A stretch of 64,000 nt of DNA, taken from Thermoprotei archaeon (GTDB taxonomy: Archaea > Thermoproteota > Thermoprotei > Thermoproteales > B15-G16). The position numbers and the translations under genes are program-made. The notes under the pieces are model-generated. The model did no database searches. It was not told where the DNA came from and saw nothing but the letters and a program-made list of their open reading frames with translations. Location of the stretch: positions 224,001 to 288,000 of the forward strand of contig QMRC01000002.1 in the NCBI GenBank assembly GCA_003649205.1, in the 5' to 3' direction. Of this stretch, positions 41,282-51,059 are shown in pieces (the first letter of the stretch is position 1; each line of letters opens with the position of its first letter).

Positions 41282-42111
41282 GGGGTACCGAGCTAATTGT
41301 CGTGATGTGTACCGTGATACTGATAGTGGCCGTAACTACAGCTGTAATCATGGGCATTACAGCGTACACACCAGGACCTGAAGTTAGACCACTAGCGAAG
41401 TTCTACCTAGAGAACTGTCTAAATCTCTGGAATAGAGCGTACTGGGCAGCTAGTCCAGAAGCTGTGTGCTCAATGTTATGGGACTACAGAGGTATTGATA
41501 CGCTATACGAAACAACGGTCTTCTTCTTAGCGATAATTGGCGGAGTTACAGTCTTTAGATTAATTGAGGTTACACCACCACTTGAGTCACTTAGTGAGAA
41601 AATTAGGAGGGTGCTTGGTCTATCGGTGATAGTGAGGACAATATCCAAGATCGTAGCCTCGATCATATTGATAGTGGCAGTTGCAATTGCAGCACATGGA
41701 CACTTAACACCAGGTGGTGGTTTTCAAGCTGGAGCAGCAATATCCGTAGCTCCGCTCATGATTATAATAGCGCTATCGAGGTACTTCCTCGAAGAAAGAA
41801 AGCTAACAAAGGAGAGAATGTTAGCTTTGAGAACAGTAGGTCTACTGACTATCTGGTGCACAGTCATCATACCACTAATCTTCGCCCTAGTAGGACAAGT
41901 AGTCTATGCAATGCAGAACCAAGCAAAACCGTGGACAACATTTCCAGGCTTCCCCACTGGACAGCTAAGTACCTGGATAGCTGGATCGCTCTTCATATAC
42001 AACATGGCTGAGTTCGTAGCTGTCGGAGCGGGATTTACACTCCTATTCCTACTATTGTCCCTACCTGAAGAAGTCTTTAGAGAGTTCATGAGGAGGTTGA
42101 CTAGGAAATGA
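41278..42111 (+). CDS. MnhB / MbhE-F-like subunit
   Basis: DYRGIDTLYE, HGHLTPGGGFQAG. Confidence 0.9.
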   Translation: MRGTELIVVMCTVILIVAVTTAVIMGITAYTPGPEVRPLAKFYLENCLNLWNRAYWAASPEAVCSMLWDYRGIDTLYETTVFFLAIIGGVTVFRLIEVTPPLESLSEKIRRVLGLSVIVRTISKIVASIILIVAVAIAAHGHLTPGGGFQAGAAISVAPLMIIIALSRYFLEERKLTKERMLALRTVGLLTIWCTVIIPLIFALVGQVVYAMQNQAKPWTTFPGFPTGQLSTWIAGSLFIYNMAEFVAVGAGFTLLFLLLSLPEEVFREFMRRLTRK

Positions 42112-42500
42112 GTATGCTAGAGTTCACACTACTAATGTACTGCTACGCAGCATTGATAGCAGTACTAGCAATATCACTCTACGGATTAGTACGTAGACCA
42201 AACATACTCAAGAAGATAATTTGCCTCTCAATATTTGGTGATACAGCAAATACACTCATAATATTCCTGGGGTTTAGAACAAGAAATCCAATACCACCTA
42301 TAGTACCAACACTTACACCAACTAAATCTCTTATGATGGAATTCACAAGAAGAGCAGTTGATCCTGTACCACAATGCTTAGTTTTAACAGCCATTGTGAT
42401 CAATATGGCAGTACTTATGTTCCTCATATTCCTAGCAATCCAGATCTACCGACACTACGGTACTCTAGATGTGAGGAAAGTAGCTAGGTTGAGGGGTTAG
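42108..42500 (+). CDS. MnhC/MbhG-like subunit
   Basis: NILKKII, DPVPQCLVLTAIVI, YGTLD. Confidence 0.9.
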   Translation: MSMLEFTLLMYCYAALIAVLAISLYGLVRRPNILKKIICLSIFGDTANTLIIFLGFRTRNPIPPIVPTLTPTKSLMMEFTRRAVDPVPQCLVLTAIVINMAVLMFLIFLAIQIYRHYGTLDVRKVARLRG

Positions 42501-42502
42501 GT

Positions 42503-43027
42503 ATGGGCTCTACAACTCTTAGCAAGTTAGGTAAGATCATTGTGCTGACAGCCTTCTTCTTCCTAATATACGTCATAGCATCAGCCTCAATTACGTTACT
42601 AGATGTAGTTGTTGGTTTAGCAGCTTCATCAGTAGTAGCTGTCTTAGTCGCTGAGATACTGGTTAAGTCCCCACCTAGCAAGCTCATAGATTTGAGGAGG
42701 TGGGGGTGGTACATTCTGTATGCACTACATTACTTCACAGTAATTGAGTGGAGAGCACACATAGATGTAATTAGGAGGATACTTCATCCAAAGATGCCAA
42801 TTAACCCAGGTATTGTCCGTGTACCATACCACGTAGTGACTGACTATGCTACAGTACTAATAGCTAACTCCATAACCAATACACCGGGCACGGTAGTTGT
42901 TGAAGTTGATGAGAGTAGGAAGTACTACTATGTTCACTGGATAGATGTGATCTCTACAAAGGAGGAGATTTGCTACGAGAAGATCTCCAAGACATTTGAG
43001 AAGTACGCTAAGAGGATCTTCGACTAG
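42503..43027 (+). CDS. MnhE/MbhA-like subunit
   Basis: INPGIV, ANSITNTPGT, YVHWI. Confidence 0.9.
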   Translation: MGSTTLSKLGKIIVLTAFFFLIYVIASASITLLDVVVGLAASSVVAVLVAEILVKSPPSKLIDLRRWGWYILYALHYFTVIEWRAHIDVIRRILHPKMPINPGIVRVPYHVVTDYATVLIANSITNTPGTVVVEVDESRKYYYVHWIDVISTKEEICYEKISKTFEKYAKRIFD

Positions 43028-43029
43028 AG

Positions 43030-44625
43030 GTGGTGTGTATGAACCTCGAGTACACACCCATACTACACGTACCAGCACTAGTACCAATACTAGCTGTTGG
43101 ATCAGCTTTTGCACTACCACTAATACATCTAGTGACCAAGAGCAGGAAGGTATGTGAGTACTTCGTAGTGACGATAACCGGTATCGAGCTAGTACTAACG
43201 ACGATTGTCCTACACCTAGCATACACAAGTACTAAACCCATCATCTACACCTTTGGTGCTTGGCCACCACCGGTAGGTATCGTGTATGAGATAGATCGCT
43301 TCAGCGCACTACTTGGTGTATTAGCAGCAGTGCTCTTCTTCACAGCAGCACTCTACAGTACTAAGTACCTTGAGAAGGATTACGGAGTTGAGTGGTACTA
43401 CACACTGCTTCTCGGATTTGAAGCAGGTATCGTAGGTTGCGCATACACAGGTGATATCTTTAATCTCTTCGTAATGTTCGAAGTACTATCCATATCAGCT
43501 TACGCACTGGTAGCATTTAGGAAGGATGTACCTGAAGCAGTTGAAGGCAGTCTCAAGTACGCAATCGTTGGTTCAGTAGCAACCACGATATACTTCATAG
43601 CAATTACCTTCATCTACGGAAGCTTTGGAACACTTAACATGGCCGATCTAGCAGCTAAAGTGAGAGGGTTAACATTTCCAGTAACAGGTACAGCACTAGG
43701 TAACGTACACGTGGCAACAGGCATAGCACTAGCACTCATCGTGTGGGCATTCTCAATAGAGGCAGCACTAGTACCAAATCACTTTTGGTTACCAGACGCG
43801 TACGTTGGTGCACCAGTAACATTCTCAGCAATATCATCGGGAGCAGCGGTCAACATCAGTCTCTACATAATTGCTAGGTACCTCTACACCATACTACAGG
43901 GTAGAGATGGACCAGCAGCACCGACAGTAGAGGCAGTACTTATAGCGTTGGTAGTCATGGGTTGTCTCTCAGCTATAGTCGGTTCAGTTCTCATGATAGT
44001 TCAGAAGGACATCAATAGGCTGATAGCGTACAGCACGATAGTGAATTCAGGTTACATAGCTATTGGACTAGGCATCGGGACACCACTTGGAATAGTAGCA
44101 GCTCTCTTCCACATGATAAACCACGCAGTAGCTAAGGCATTGCTCTTCTTCTGTGCAGGAAACTACGTACACGTAGTAGGTTCGAGAGATCTAGATGACT
44201 TAGCTGGTGTAGGTAAGAAGATGCCACTAACAACCATTGGACTCGTTGTAGGTGCACTTGCACTAGCAGGAGTACCACCACTAAACTGCTTCATGAGCAA
44301 GCTAATACTAGCTCAAGCCCTCTTCGAGGCAAACCTCACACCACTAATAGCAGTGATCGTATTTGCAAGCGTACTCTCACTAATGGCGTACTTAAAGATC
44401 ATATACAATGTCTACTGTAGAGCACCAGTCAAGAAACTACCTGAAGCAAGAGAACACCCACTAATGGCATACCCAGTAATTGCGTATGCGATTACATGCA
44501 TAGTTTTCGGACTACTCGCACCAATACTAGTACCCACAGCAATAGAACCAGCAGTAACTGACTTATTGAACACAGATAACTACATTAAGGCAGCTATGGA
44601 GATAGCTGAGAAGTTACTGAGGTGA
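43030..44625 (+). CDS. MnhD/MbhH-like proton-translocating subunit
   Basis: GDIFNLFVMFE, HFWLPDAY, RLIAYS, HAVAKALLF. Confidence 0.92.
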   Translation: MVCMNLEYTPILHVPALVPILAVGSAFALPLIHLVTKSRKVCEYFVVTITGIELVLTTIVLHLAYTSTKPIIYTFGAWPPPVGIVYEIDRFSALLGVLAAVLFFTAALYSTKYLEKDYGVEWYYTLLLGFEAGIVGCAYTGDIFNLFVMFEVLSISAYALVAFRKDVPEAVEGSLKYAIVGSVATTIYFIAITFIYGSFGTLNMADLAAKVRGLTFPVTGTALGNVHVATGIALALIVWAFSIEAALVPNHFWLPDAYVGAPVTFSAISSGAAVNISLYIIARYLYTILQGRDGPAAPTVEAVLIALVVMGCLSAIVGSVLMIVQKDINRLIAYSTIVNSGYIAIGLGIGTPLGIVAALFHMINHAVAKALLFFCAGNYVHVVGSRDLDDLAGVGKKMPLTTIGLVVGALALAGVPPLNCFMSKLILAQALFEANLTPLIAVIVFASVLSLMAYLKIIYNVYCRAPVKKLPEAREHPLMAYPVIAYAITCIVFGLLAPILVPTAIEPAVTDLLNTDNYIKAAMEIAEKLLR

Positions 44626-44966
44626 TGAGGATGAACCTCCTCATGTTGATACTATACGTAGCAACCTCAATGGTGCTAGCATCAGCAATCATGTATGTAG
44701 TGTACAGAGTAGTATCGAGATCAGAGAGACCATCACCAGAGAAGACAAAGGTCTACGCCTGTGGAGAAGACTACACACCAGAGAGAGCAAGTGCATCAGA
44801 CATAAACCTCTACACAGCAGTTTGGAGACTCTCATTCAGAAACCTCTACAAGTACATTAGGGAGAAAGGACATACAGGGGTGCTGAGTGACTGGTTCTTC
44901 TGGATGTACCTCTTCATGATAATAGCTCTCGTAGTACTGTACCTAGTATCTGTAACTCTATGGTGA
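44622..44966 (+). CDS. MbhI/NuoA-like membrane subunit
   Basis: TM helix, KTKVYACGE, HTGVLSDW. Confidence 0.75.
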   Translation: MMRMNLLMLILYVATSMVLASAIMYVVYRVVSRSERPSPEKTKVYACGEDYTPERASASDINLYTAVWRLSFRNLYKYIREKGHTGVLSDWFFWMYLFMIIALVVLYLVSVTLW

Positions 44967-45937
44967 TGTGTATGTGGATGTACATACTCGAGACCGTACT
45001 CTACCCAGGACTAGTCTTCACACTACTGGGAATAATCTTCACGAACTGGTACGTGAGAAAGGTAAAGGCACACATGCAGAATAGGATAGGTCCACTCTAC
45101 ACAGGACCCTTTGGACTACTACAACCAATTGCAGACCTCATAAAGCTATTCAGCAAGGAAGACATAGTCGTGAGCGGTTACCCAGCTAGAGCACCTGCAT
45201 TCTTCCTAACACTAGCAATGGGATCACTAGTAGCTCTACTACTCATGACACCAATAGCACCATACCCACTACAAGCACCGTACGACATCTACATAGCACT
45301 CTACCTCCTCGTATGGCCAACAGTAGCAATAGCTATAGCGGGTTACCTAACACCAAGCCCATTCACTATAGTTGGGACAGCTAGAGTACTAAGCCTAACA
45401 CTAGCCTACGAACTAGGCTTCGTACTATCGGTACTCGTACCAGTGGTACTAGCAAGTAGGTACCTAGGAGCTGAGTACAGCCTATACACAACTTGTACAA
45501 GAGCGTGGATGCTCTGGACAAAACCACTACCAGCAATACTACTAGCAATCTCACTACTAACAGCAATACTATCGCTACAGTGCAAGACAATGATGAAGCC
45601 ATTTGACATACCGGAAGCAGAGACAGAGATAGTTGCAGGTCCATTTACAGAGTACTCAGGACCGAAGTACGCACTCATACTGATGCTACACGATCAAGAG
45701 CTCTTCGTAGGAGCACTTCTACTATCGCAACTATACTTCGGAGGACCAATACCACTAATCAACAACCCACTACTAGCAGCTGTGGTGACCTTCGTGGAGT
45801 ACCTAGCAATAACACTGGTAGTGACCTGGATCCACGCATCAACACCAAGGTACAGGGTAGAGCAAGCACTGAATTGGTTCTGGAAGTACCTACTACCATT
45901 AAGCGCACTAGCATTAGTAGTCTCAATGGTAGTCTAG
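44960..45937 (+). CDS. NuoH/MbhM-like membrane anchor subunit
   Basis: MQNRIGP, LQPIADLIKL, PFDIPEAETEIVAGPFTEYSG, PRYR. Confidence 0.92.
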   Translation: MVMCMWMYILETVLYPGLVFTLLGIIFTNWYVRKVKAHMQNRIGPLYTGPFGLLQPIADLIKLFSKEDIVVSGYPARAPAFFLTLAMGSLVALLLMTPIAPYPLQAPYDIYIALYLLVWPTVAIAIAGYLTPSPFTIVGTARVLSLTLAYELGFVLSVLVPVVLASRYLGAEYSLYTTCTRAWMLWTKPLPAILLAISLLTAILSLQCKTMMKPFDIPEAETEIVAGPFTEYSGPKYALILMLHDQELFVGALLLSQLYFGGPIPLINNPLLAAVVTFVEYLAITLVVTWIHASTPRYRVEQALNWFWKYLLPLSALALVVSMVV

Positions 45938-45968
45938 GAAGAAAATCGTGATAAATGATCAATCAAAG

Positions 45969-46253
45969 TTACTGAAGAGTAAGCAAACTCCTCAATCTCC
46001 TATACAGTTCTAGGAACTCCAACCCCTTCCCTGTAGTTCTGAATACTAATACACTCCCCCTCTTCTCGACAGCAATCAAACCACTTCGAATAGCAATCTT
46101 AAGGTACTTCTCCAACGTCGGTTGATTTAGGTTAGTACTGTACAGCAACTTCGTCTTCCTAATGCCACCAATAGCACACTTAACGAGATCAGCAATGATA
46201 TCGATGTAAGACCTCTTACCAGTGATCACGAGATTACCCTCTTCATTCATCAA
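45969..46253 (-). CDS. Winged-helix regulator (HTH_45-like)
   Basis: KRSYIDIIADLV..RKTKLLYSTNLN..TTGKGLEFL. Confidence 0.85.
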   Translation of the reverse strand: MMNEEGNLVITGKRSYIDIIADLVKCAIGGIRKTKLLYSTNLNQPTLEKYLKIAIRSGLIAVEKRGSVLVFRTTGKGLEFLELYRRLRSLLTLQ

Positions 46254-46598
46254 TATGAAACACCTCTACACACATACTGAACAACACTCACGAATTAATT
46301 AAATTTACACAATTAACATGCATAGAGCAGTAGCGTATACGCAGATACTATCAAGTTTACATACTTCACATACATAGTTGAGATTTACGGTATCGATAAT
46401 ATGTACAATATGTATATCACTACAGCTACTGTGTATATAACGTACACTAATGCACAATATTCAGGTACTGAAAGGACTGACACATCATACACAACCCTCG
46501 AATAAGGTTTAACGTTTTTTAATGTCTTCTACTTAGTGACCAGTGAAGAAGCATGCACAAAAAACTAACTAAGGTATGTGAATACTTTGGTGTTACTA

Positions 46599-47261
46599 AT
46601 GACTAGACTACTAGTGCTCACACTAGGCTTTGAGGAGAAGTTCGCATTCAGAATGCTCACAAGGCATGGACTAGATAGAGGAGATAGAATTCTCATACTA
46701 ACTGGGAGAGCAGTTGAGAGAACAGTAAAGGCAATAGAGACAATCAAGGAATTCGTTAAGAAGTACTTCCCAGGTGAGATAGATGTTGAATTCTATGAAG
46801 TAGATCTCTCGAACTTTATAGAAGCAGTTAGGAGGATAAGAGATGTACTGAGTAGGTACATACCATCTTACGACAAGGTAATAATTAACCTAACAGGAGG
46901 AATGAGAGTACTGATACTAGCAACCTTCACAGCACTTCTCCTACTATCGGTAAATCTAGGTGAGAGGATCACACACATAGAGGTTGAGTTTGAGGATGGT
47001 ACGTACCTAGTCAAGATACCACAGAACCTACCTAGAATGCTCCTAAATGTGAGATCACTAACAAGGGAGAGGATAGAGCTACTAAGAGCAATACAGGAAT
47101 TAGGAGAGGTCACTGTAAAGGACTTAGCAAAGGTATTGGGTAAGGATGAGTCAACAATTAGGAGACAAATCTATGAGTTAGAGAAGTTAGAGTTAGTCGA
47201 GGTAACTAAGACAAGACCAACAAAAATCAAGGTAACAGAACTAGGTAGACTACTCATATAG
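46599..47261 (+). CDS. csa3: Csa3-type CARF + wHTH transcriptional regulator
   Basis: TLGFEEKFAFR, INLTGGMR CARF motifs; C-terminal HTH DLAKVLGKDESTIRRQI. Confidence 0.88.
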   Translation: MTRLLVLTLGFEEKFAFRMLTRHGLDRGDRILILTGRAVERTVKAIETIKEFVKKYFPGEIDVEFYEVDLSNFIEAVRRIRDVLSRYIPSYDKVIINLTGGMRVLILATFTALLLLSVNLGERITHIEVEFEDGTYLVKIPQNLPRMLLNVRSLTRERIELLRAIQELGEVTVKDLAKVLGKDESTIRRQIYELEKLELVEVTKTRPTKIKVTELGRLLI

Positions 47262-47331
47262 AGAACGAGTATAGGATGCTGGTACGGATATCAGATACAC
47301 AATGTACGCAAGGTACTGCGTAGCTCGTGGA

Positions 47332-47757
47332 TTACATGATGTGGAGGTTTGTAGTAATAGCTTCACTACTGCTTCCCCTACTAACAGTAATCTCCATCTC
47401 AGTAACGTCATGCATACAGTACGAGACTATATCCCAAAACAAATTATGAGTACTCCTCATACTTGACCTAACAGCAGATATCGTAGGAGCTAAAGTAGGT
47501 GAAGAAACTGTTCCTACAGTAGCAATGCCGTCGATGAGTTCTTCTGGTTCCTGCTTTATCTCTATGCTAGCTTCCACTTCCGGTGCCTTATCTTCAACAC
47601 CTGCATTTGAGAACTCTACATCTAGTACTCCAGTCTTCACTGTACCACTAACCTTTAGAGTATCAGTCCAGATAGCATACCCTGCTGCTACTAGTAGCAC
47701 CAGCAGTGCTGGTATTAGTGCTAGTATGGGGAGTGTTGCCTTCCTCATACCCCACAC
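47332..47757 (-). pseudogene. Truncated or chimeric SipW-type signal-peptide (TasA/bundling-pilin-like) gene
   Basis: AAGYA-IWTDTLKVSGTVKTGVLDVEF N-terminus; C-terminal part looks like non-native read-through. Confidence 0.55.
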
Positions 47758-48304
47758 CTCGTGCTGTGTCGATTTCTTTCAACCCTTTTATCTTGTGCAT
47801 TTCTCATGCATATTCTCAAGATATCTCTGTAATATATTTGCATTGTATATCATTAATTTACCTAGTTGCAATTCATTCCTTGAGTTGGTACACAGATTAG
47901 GTATGTGCTATCTAGATGTGTATTACGTATTTCCTCCGAATACTAGTATAGTTCACTAGCTACTTGACTTTCCGGTCCGGAGCTGCTGCTTATCAGGAGA
48001 TATGTTGAGATCCCCTCCTCGGTCTTGAATCTTCGATGTGTTTGGTAGTTTGGTTGTGGTTTTAATCTCTAGAGTTTTTCTCCCTACGTACCTTCCTTGC
48101 TGTGCTATATCTCGATCTTTGACTTTGATTCTACCATTATCTCACAGGGTACTGTTCGTGCTATATGTACTATCGGTCTATACTACTTGTATGTACTTTA
48201 AGTATATATCTTTAGTGCAATTTTGTACTCAGTTTTTGTTTGTAGTTTTCTTGTTGTGGGTTTTAGGTCTAGATATGTATATAGCGTAACTGTGATTAGT
48301 TATA

Positions 48305-48610
48305 GTGATGGGTCTGTTAATTACGGGGTTTTGCTCGATGGGTTCTATGCGGAGGAGGTGTATGATTGATATTTTAGCGGATATTCTTAGGTGTGCTGTT
48401 GGTGGTGTTCGGAAGACGAAGCTCATGTATGCTGTAGGTCTCAACTATGGATCTCTTAGGAGGTATGTTGATCTTGCTGTTAAGCTCGGTCTTCTCTGTG
48501 TTGAGTTTCGTGGTAGGTATGTTGTTCTTAGGACTACGGATAAGGGTCTTCAGTTTCTTCAGTTGTATGAGATGATTAGGTCTTTTCTCGATGGTGGTTG
48601 TGAGGAGTGA
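48305..48610 (+). CDS. Winged-helix regulator (HTH_45-like), paralog of 45969-46253
   Basis: RRCMIDILADIL..RKTKLMYAVGLN..TTDKGLQFL. Confidence 0.85.
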   Translation: MMGLLITGFCSMGSMRRRCMIDILADILRCAVGGVRKTKLMYAVGLNYGSLRRYVDLAVKLGLLCVEFRGRYVVLRTTDKGLQFLQLYEMIRSFLDGGCEE

Positions 48611-48652
48611 TTGAGTAGGAGTTATATTCTCGTCTCCTCTCACTGTTGTGTG

Positions 48653-48705
48653 GTGATGACTAACTGGGCCGGCCTTGATTGGTGATGTGTACCCGCCCCC
48701 TCTGA
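48653..48705 (+). ncRNA. Box C/D guide sRNA candidate
   Basis: GTGATGA-CTAACTGGGCCGGCC-TTGA-ttgg-TGATGT-GTACCCGCCCCCT-CTGA; TTATA upstream. Confidence 0.78.
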
Positions 48706-48744
48706 TGTGTGTTGTGGTTATTTACTTGTCTTCTGTGTTTTCTG

Positions 48745-48794
48745 GTGATGAGGTTTTGTTTGGCAGAGTGGTGAAGAGCGTTGGGGACCTCTGA
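48745..48794 (+). ncRNA. Box C/D guide sRNA candidate overlapping the ATPase start
   Basis: GTGATGA-GGTTTTGTTTGG-CAGA-gtgg-TGAAGA-GCGTTGGGGACCT-CTGA. Confidence 0.75.
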
Positions 48795-49788
48795 TTTTGT
48801 TGAGCCTAGGTTTGTTGATAGGGTTGTTGAGTTTAGGGTTTTGGAGGAGTTGTGTAGTCGTGTTGTTGCTCTTCCTATCTTTCTCTATGGTCCTGAGGGT
48901 TGTGGTAAGTCTAGGTTGTTTAGGGAGTTTGTTGCTAGGTTTGATGGTGTTGGTGTGTATGTTGATGCTTTAGAGCGTACTAGGGTTGATAGGGCTCTGT
49001 TCTTTAGTCCTGTTGTTTCTGAGCTTAGGGAGTTCGTTAGGGTTATTGCTGGTGCTGTTTCTGGTTCTGTTGGTGTTTACTTAGCTGATCGCGTATTTGA
49101 CTTAGTTTCTAGGGTTGGTGTTAGGAGATGTATTGAGGGTGAGAGGGTTGTTGTGGTTGTTGATGATGTTGTTAGGGCTATTGGTGTTGATCAAGTTGAG
49201 TGGTATGTTAAGTGGTTGTATGAGTCTATTCGTAAGTTTGTTGAGGAATTTCATCCTCGTGGTCTCGTTGTTGTTGCTACCACTTCTGAGGGTGTTAGTA
49301 GGAGGTTGGTGTCGAGACATAGGCACGCTGTTGTGTATCTGTTGTGGAATCTCGACTATGATTCATTCTATGAGTTAGCTCGTGAACTTGGTGCTCCTAG
49401 TCGTGAGGTTGTTGATCGTGTTTGGGAGTTTGTTGGCGGTAATCCTGGTAGGTTGGTTGAGATTGCTTCTGTTTTTCGGTGGGATGTTAGTTCCTGGATT
49501 GAGTTGTTGAGGGGTAGGTTGTTTGAGGTTTTTCGTATTGTTAGGAGTGAGGATCTTGTTGGTGAGTTATTGAGGGTTATTGAGGATCCTGATGTCTTTA
49601 TTCATGAGGCTTCTCCCAGGTTTGAGAAGTTGCTGAGTATTCTTGAGGAATATAATCTGGTGATCTACAAGTACTGTATGTTGCTTAGTCGTGAGTACCT
49701 TAGACCTTGTCCTGAACTTGGTGTTGGTAAGTACTATGCTTGGCAGCTTCCTGCGTACAGGGTTGTTCTTGAAGAGTTTGCTAGGTGA
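48781..49788 (+). CDS. Archaeal P-loop ATPase (ATPase_2 family)
   Basis: FVDR, YGPEGCGKS, VVVDD, ATTSEG, GGNP, YAWQLPAY. Confidence 0.85.
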   Translation: MGTSDFVEPRFVDRVVEFRVLEELCSRVVALPIFLYGPEGCGKSRLFREFVARFDGVGVYVDALERTRVDRALFFSPVVSELREFVRVIAGAVSGSVGVYLADRVFDLVSRVGVRRCIEGERVVVVVDDVVRAIGVDQVEWYVKWLYESIRKFVEEFHPRGLVVVATTSEGVSRRLVSRHRHAVVYLLWNLDYDSFYELARELGAPSREVVDRVWEFVGGNPGRLVEIASVFRWDVSSWIELLRGRLFEVFRIVRSEDLVGELLRVIEDPDVFIHEASPRFEKLLSILEEYNLVIYKYCMLLSREYLRPCPELGVGKYYAWQLPAYRVVLEEFAR

Positions 49789-49832
49789 TTGTGGTGGAAA
49801 GTTATTTCTATTGGTTACGTGGTTTGTTCTCA

Positions 49833-49884
49833 GTGATGAGCGACTGCCGCCCTGACTCTGGATGAGGATAGCCGCGTAGTCTGA
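49833..49884 (+). ncRNA. Box C/D guide sRNA candidate
   Basis: GTGATGA-GCGACTGCCGCC-CTGA-ctct-GGATGA-GGATAGCCGCGTAGT-CTGA. Confidence 0.82.
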
Positions 49885-49937
49885 TCTTGGTAATTGATAT
49901 CTCCCTGTACTGAGCTACGTCAACTAGGTGATGTACT

Positions 49938-50450
49938 GTGGGTGTGTACGATGTTGTTGTGAAGAGGAGGAGTATTAGGAGGTACAGGAAGGAGCCTATT
50001 CCTAATGAGCACCTTAAGATGATTCTCGATGCTGCTAGGTTAGCCCCTAGTGCGGGTAACAGGCAGCCTTGGCACTTTGTCGTCGTTACTGATGAGAAGC
50101 TTAAGAGGAAGCTTGTTGATGCCTGTATGGGTCAGAGCTTTATTGCTGATGCTTACTGCGTTGTGGTTGGCCTTGGTGATAGGGAGATTTCTCCGAAGTG
50201 GTGTGTTGTAGATACTACCATAGCTATGGAGCACATGGTCTTGGTAGCTACTGACCTCGGTTACGGTACTTGCTGGATTGGTGCATTTGATGAAGGTAAG
50301 GTCCGTGAGTTACTGAAGATACCCGATAGATATGTCGTTGTTGCTCTATTGACTATTGGTGTACCTGATGAATCGCCACCACCTAGACCGAGGAAGTCAT
50401 TAAGGGAAATCACATCTCGTGACGTCTACGGAAGACCACTTGAGCTATAG
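49938..50450 (+). CDS. Nitroreductase family protein
   Basis: RRSIRRY, APSAGNRQPW, GYGTCWIG. Confidence 0.93.
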   Translation: MGVYDVVVKRRSIRRYRKEPIPNEHLKMILDAARLAPSAGNRQPWHFVVVTDEKLKRKLVDACMGQSFIADAYCVVVGLGDREISPKWCVVDTTIAMEHMVLVATDLGYGTCWIGAFDEGKVRELLKIPDRYVVVALLTIGVPDESPPPRPRKSLREITSRDVYGRPLEL

Positions 50451-50463
50451 ACGTTGGTTGAGG

Positions 50464-51024
50464 TTATAGTCCTAGCTCATGGCTTATCTTCTTCAGCGCA
50501 TTGAGGCTTAGCTCTAGGAACTCCTCGAGGCTCAGTCCTATCTCCTCACATAGCTTTATCTTCTCTCTATTTGCTCCTCTCGCGAAGTCTCTGTCCTTGA
50601 ACTTCCTCTTGAGGGTATCTAGCTTTACCTCCTCTAGCTTCTTATGTGGCATGACTAGTGCTGCTGCTACGATTAGCCCTGATATGTTATCTGCTGCTAT
50701 CAGTGCCTTAGCTAGCTTGGTCTTCGGTTCATGACCTGTCTTTTCGTTGTGTGCTCTAATCGCTTCTAATGCCTCTTCAGGTAGCTTACCCTTCAGCATC
50801 TCAGCACCCACTATACCGTGTCTCTCCATCTGTGACTTAGTCATCTCGTAGTCTATGTCGTGTAGTAGACCTACGAGACCCCATAGCTCCTCAACTTCAC
50901 CTAGTCTCTTAGCTAGTTCCCTCATGATTGCTTCAACAGCTATCATGTGCTTAATCAACTTCTCATTCTTGACGTGTTCTCTAATTAGCTTAAGTGCTTC
51001 ATCTCTAGTTATCATGTTTCTCAC
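50464..51024 (-). CDS. HD-domain phosphohydrolase
   Basis: H...GLLHDIDY..HG..AIRAH..AAD. Confidence 0.9.
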   Translation of the reverse strand: MRNMITRDEALKLIREHVKNEKLIKHMIAVEAIMRELAKRLGEVEELWGLVGLLHDIDYEMTKSQMERHGIVGAEMLKGKLPEEALEAIRAHNEKTGHEPKTKLAKALIAADNISGLIVAAALVMPHKKLEEVKLDTLKRKFKDRDFARGANREKIKLCEEIGLSLEEFLELSLNALKKISHELGL

Positions 51025-51059
51025 CTACTTCCTTGCAGTTTTCTCAGGGTATTTTTGAG

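Noticed and set aside
47525-48444. Several hydrophobic Cys/Phe-rich short ORFs
   Set aside because: Products of T-rich intergenic DNA with no credible protein signal.
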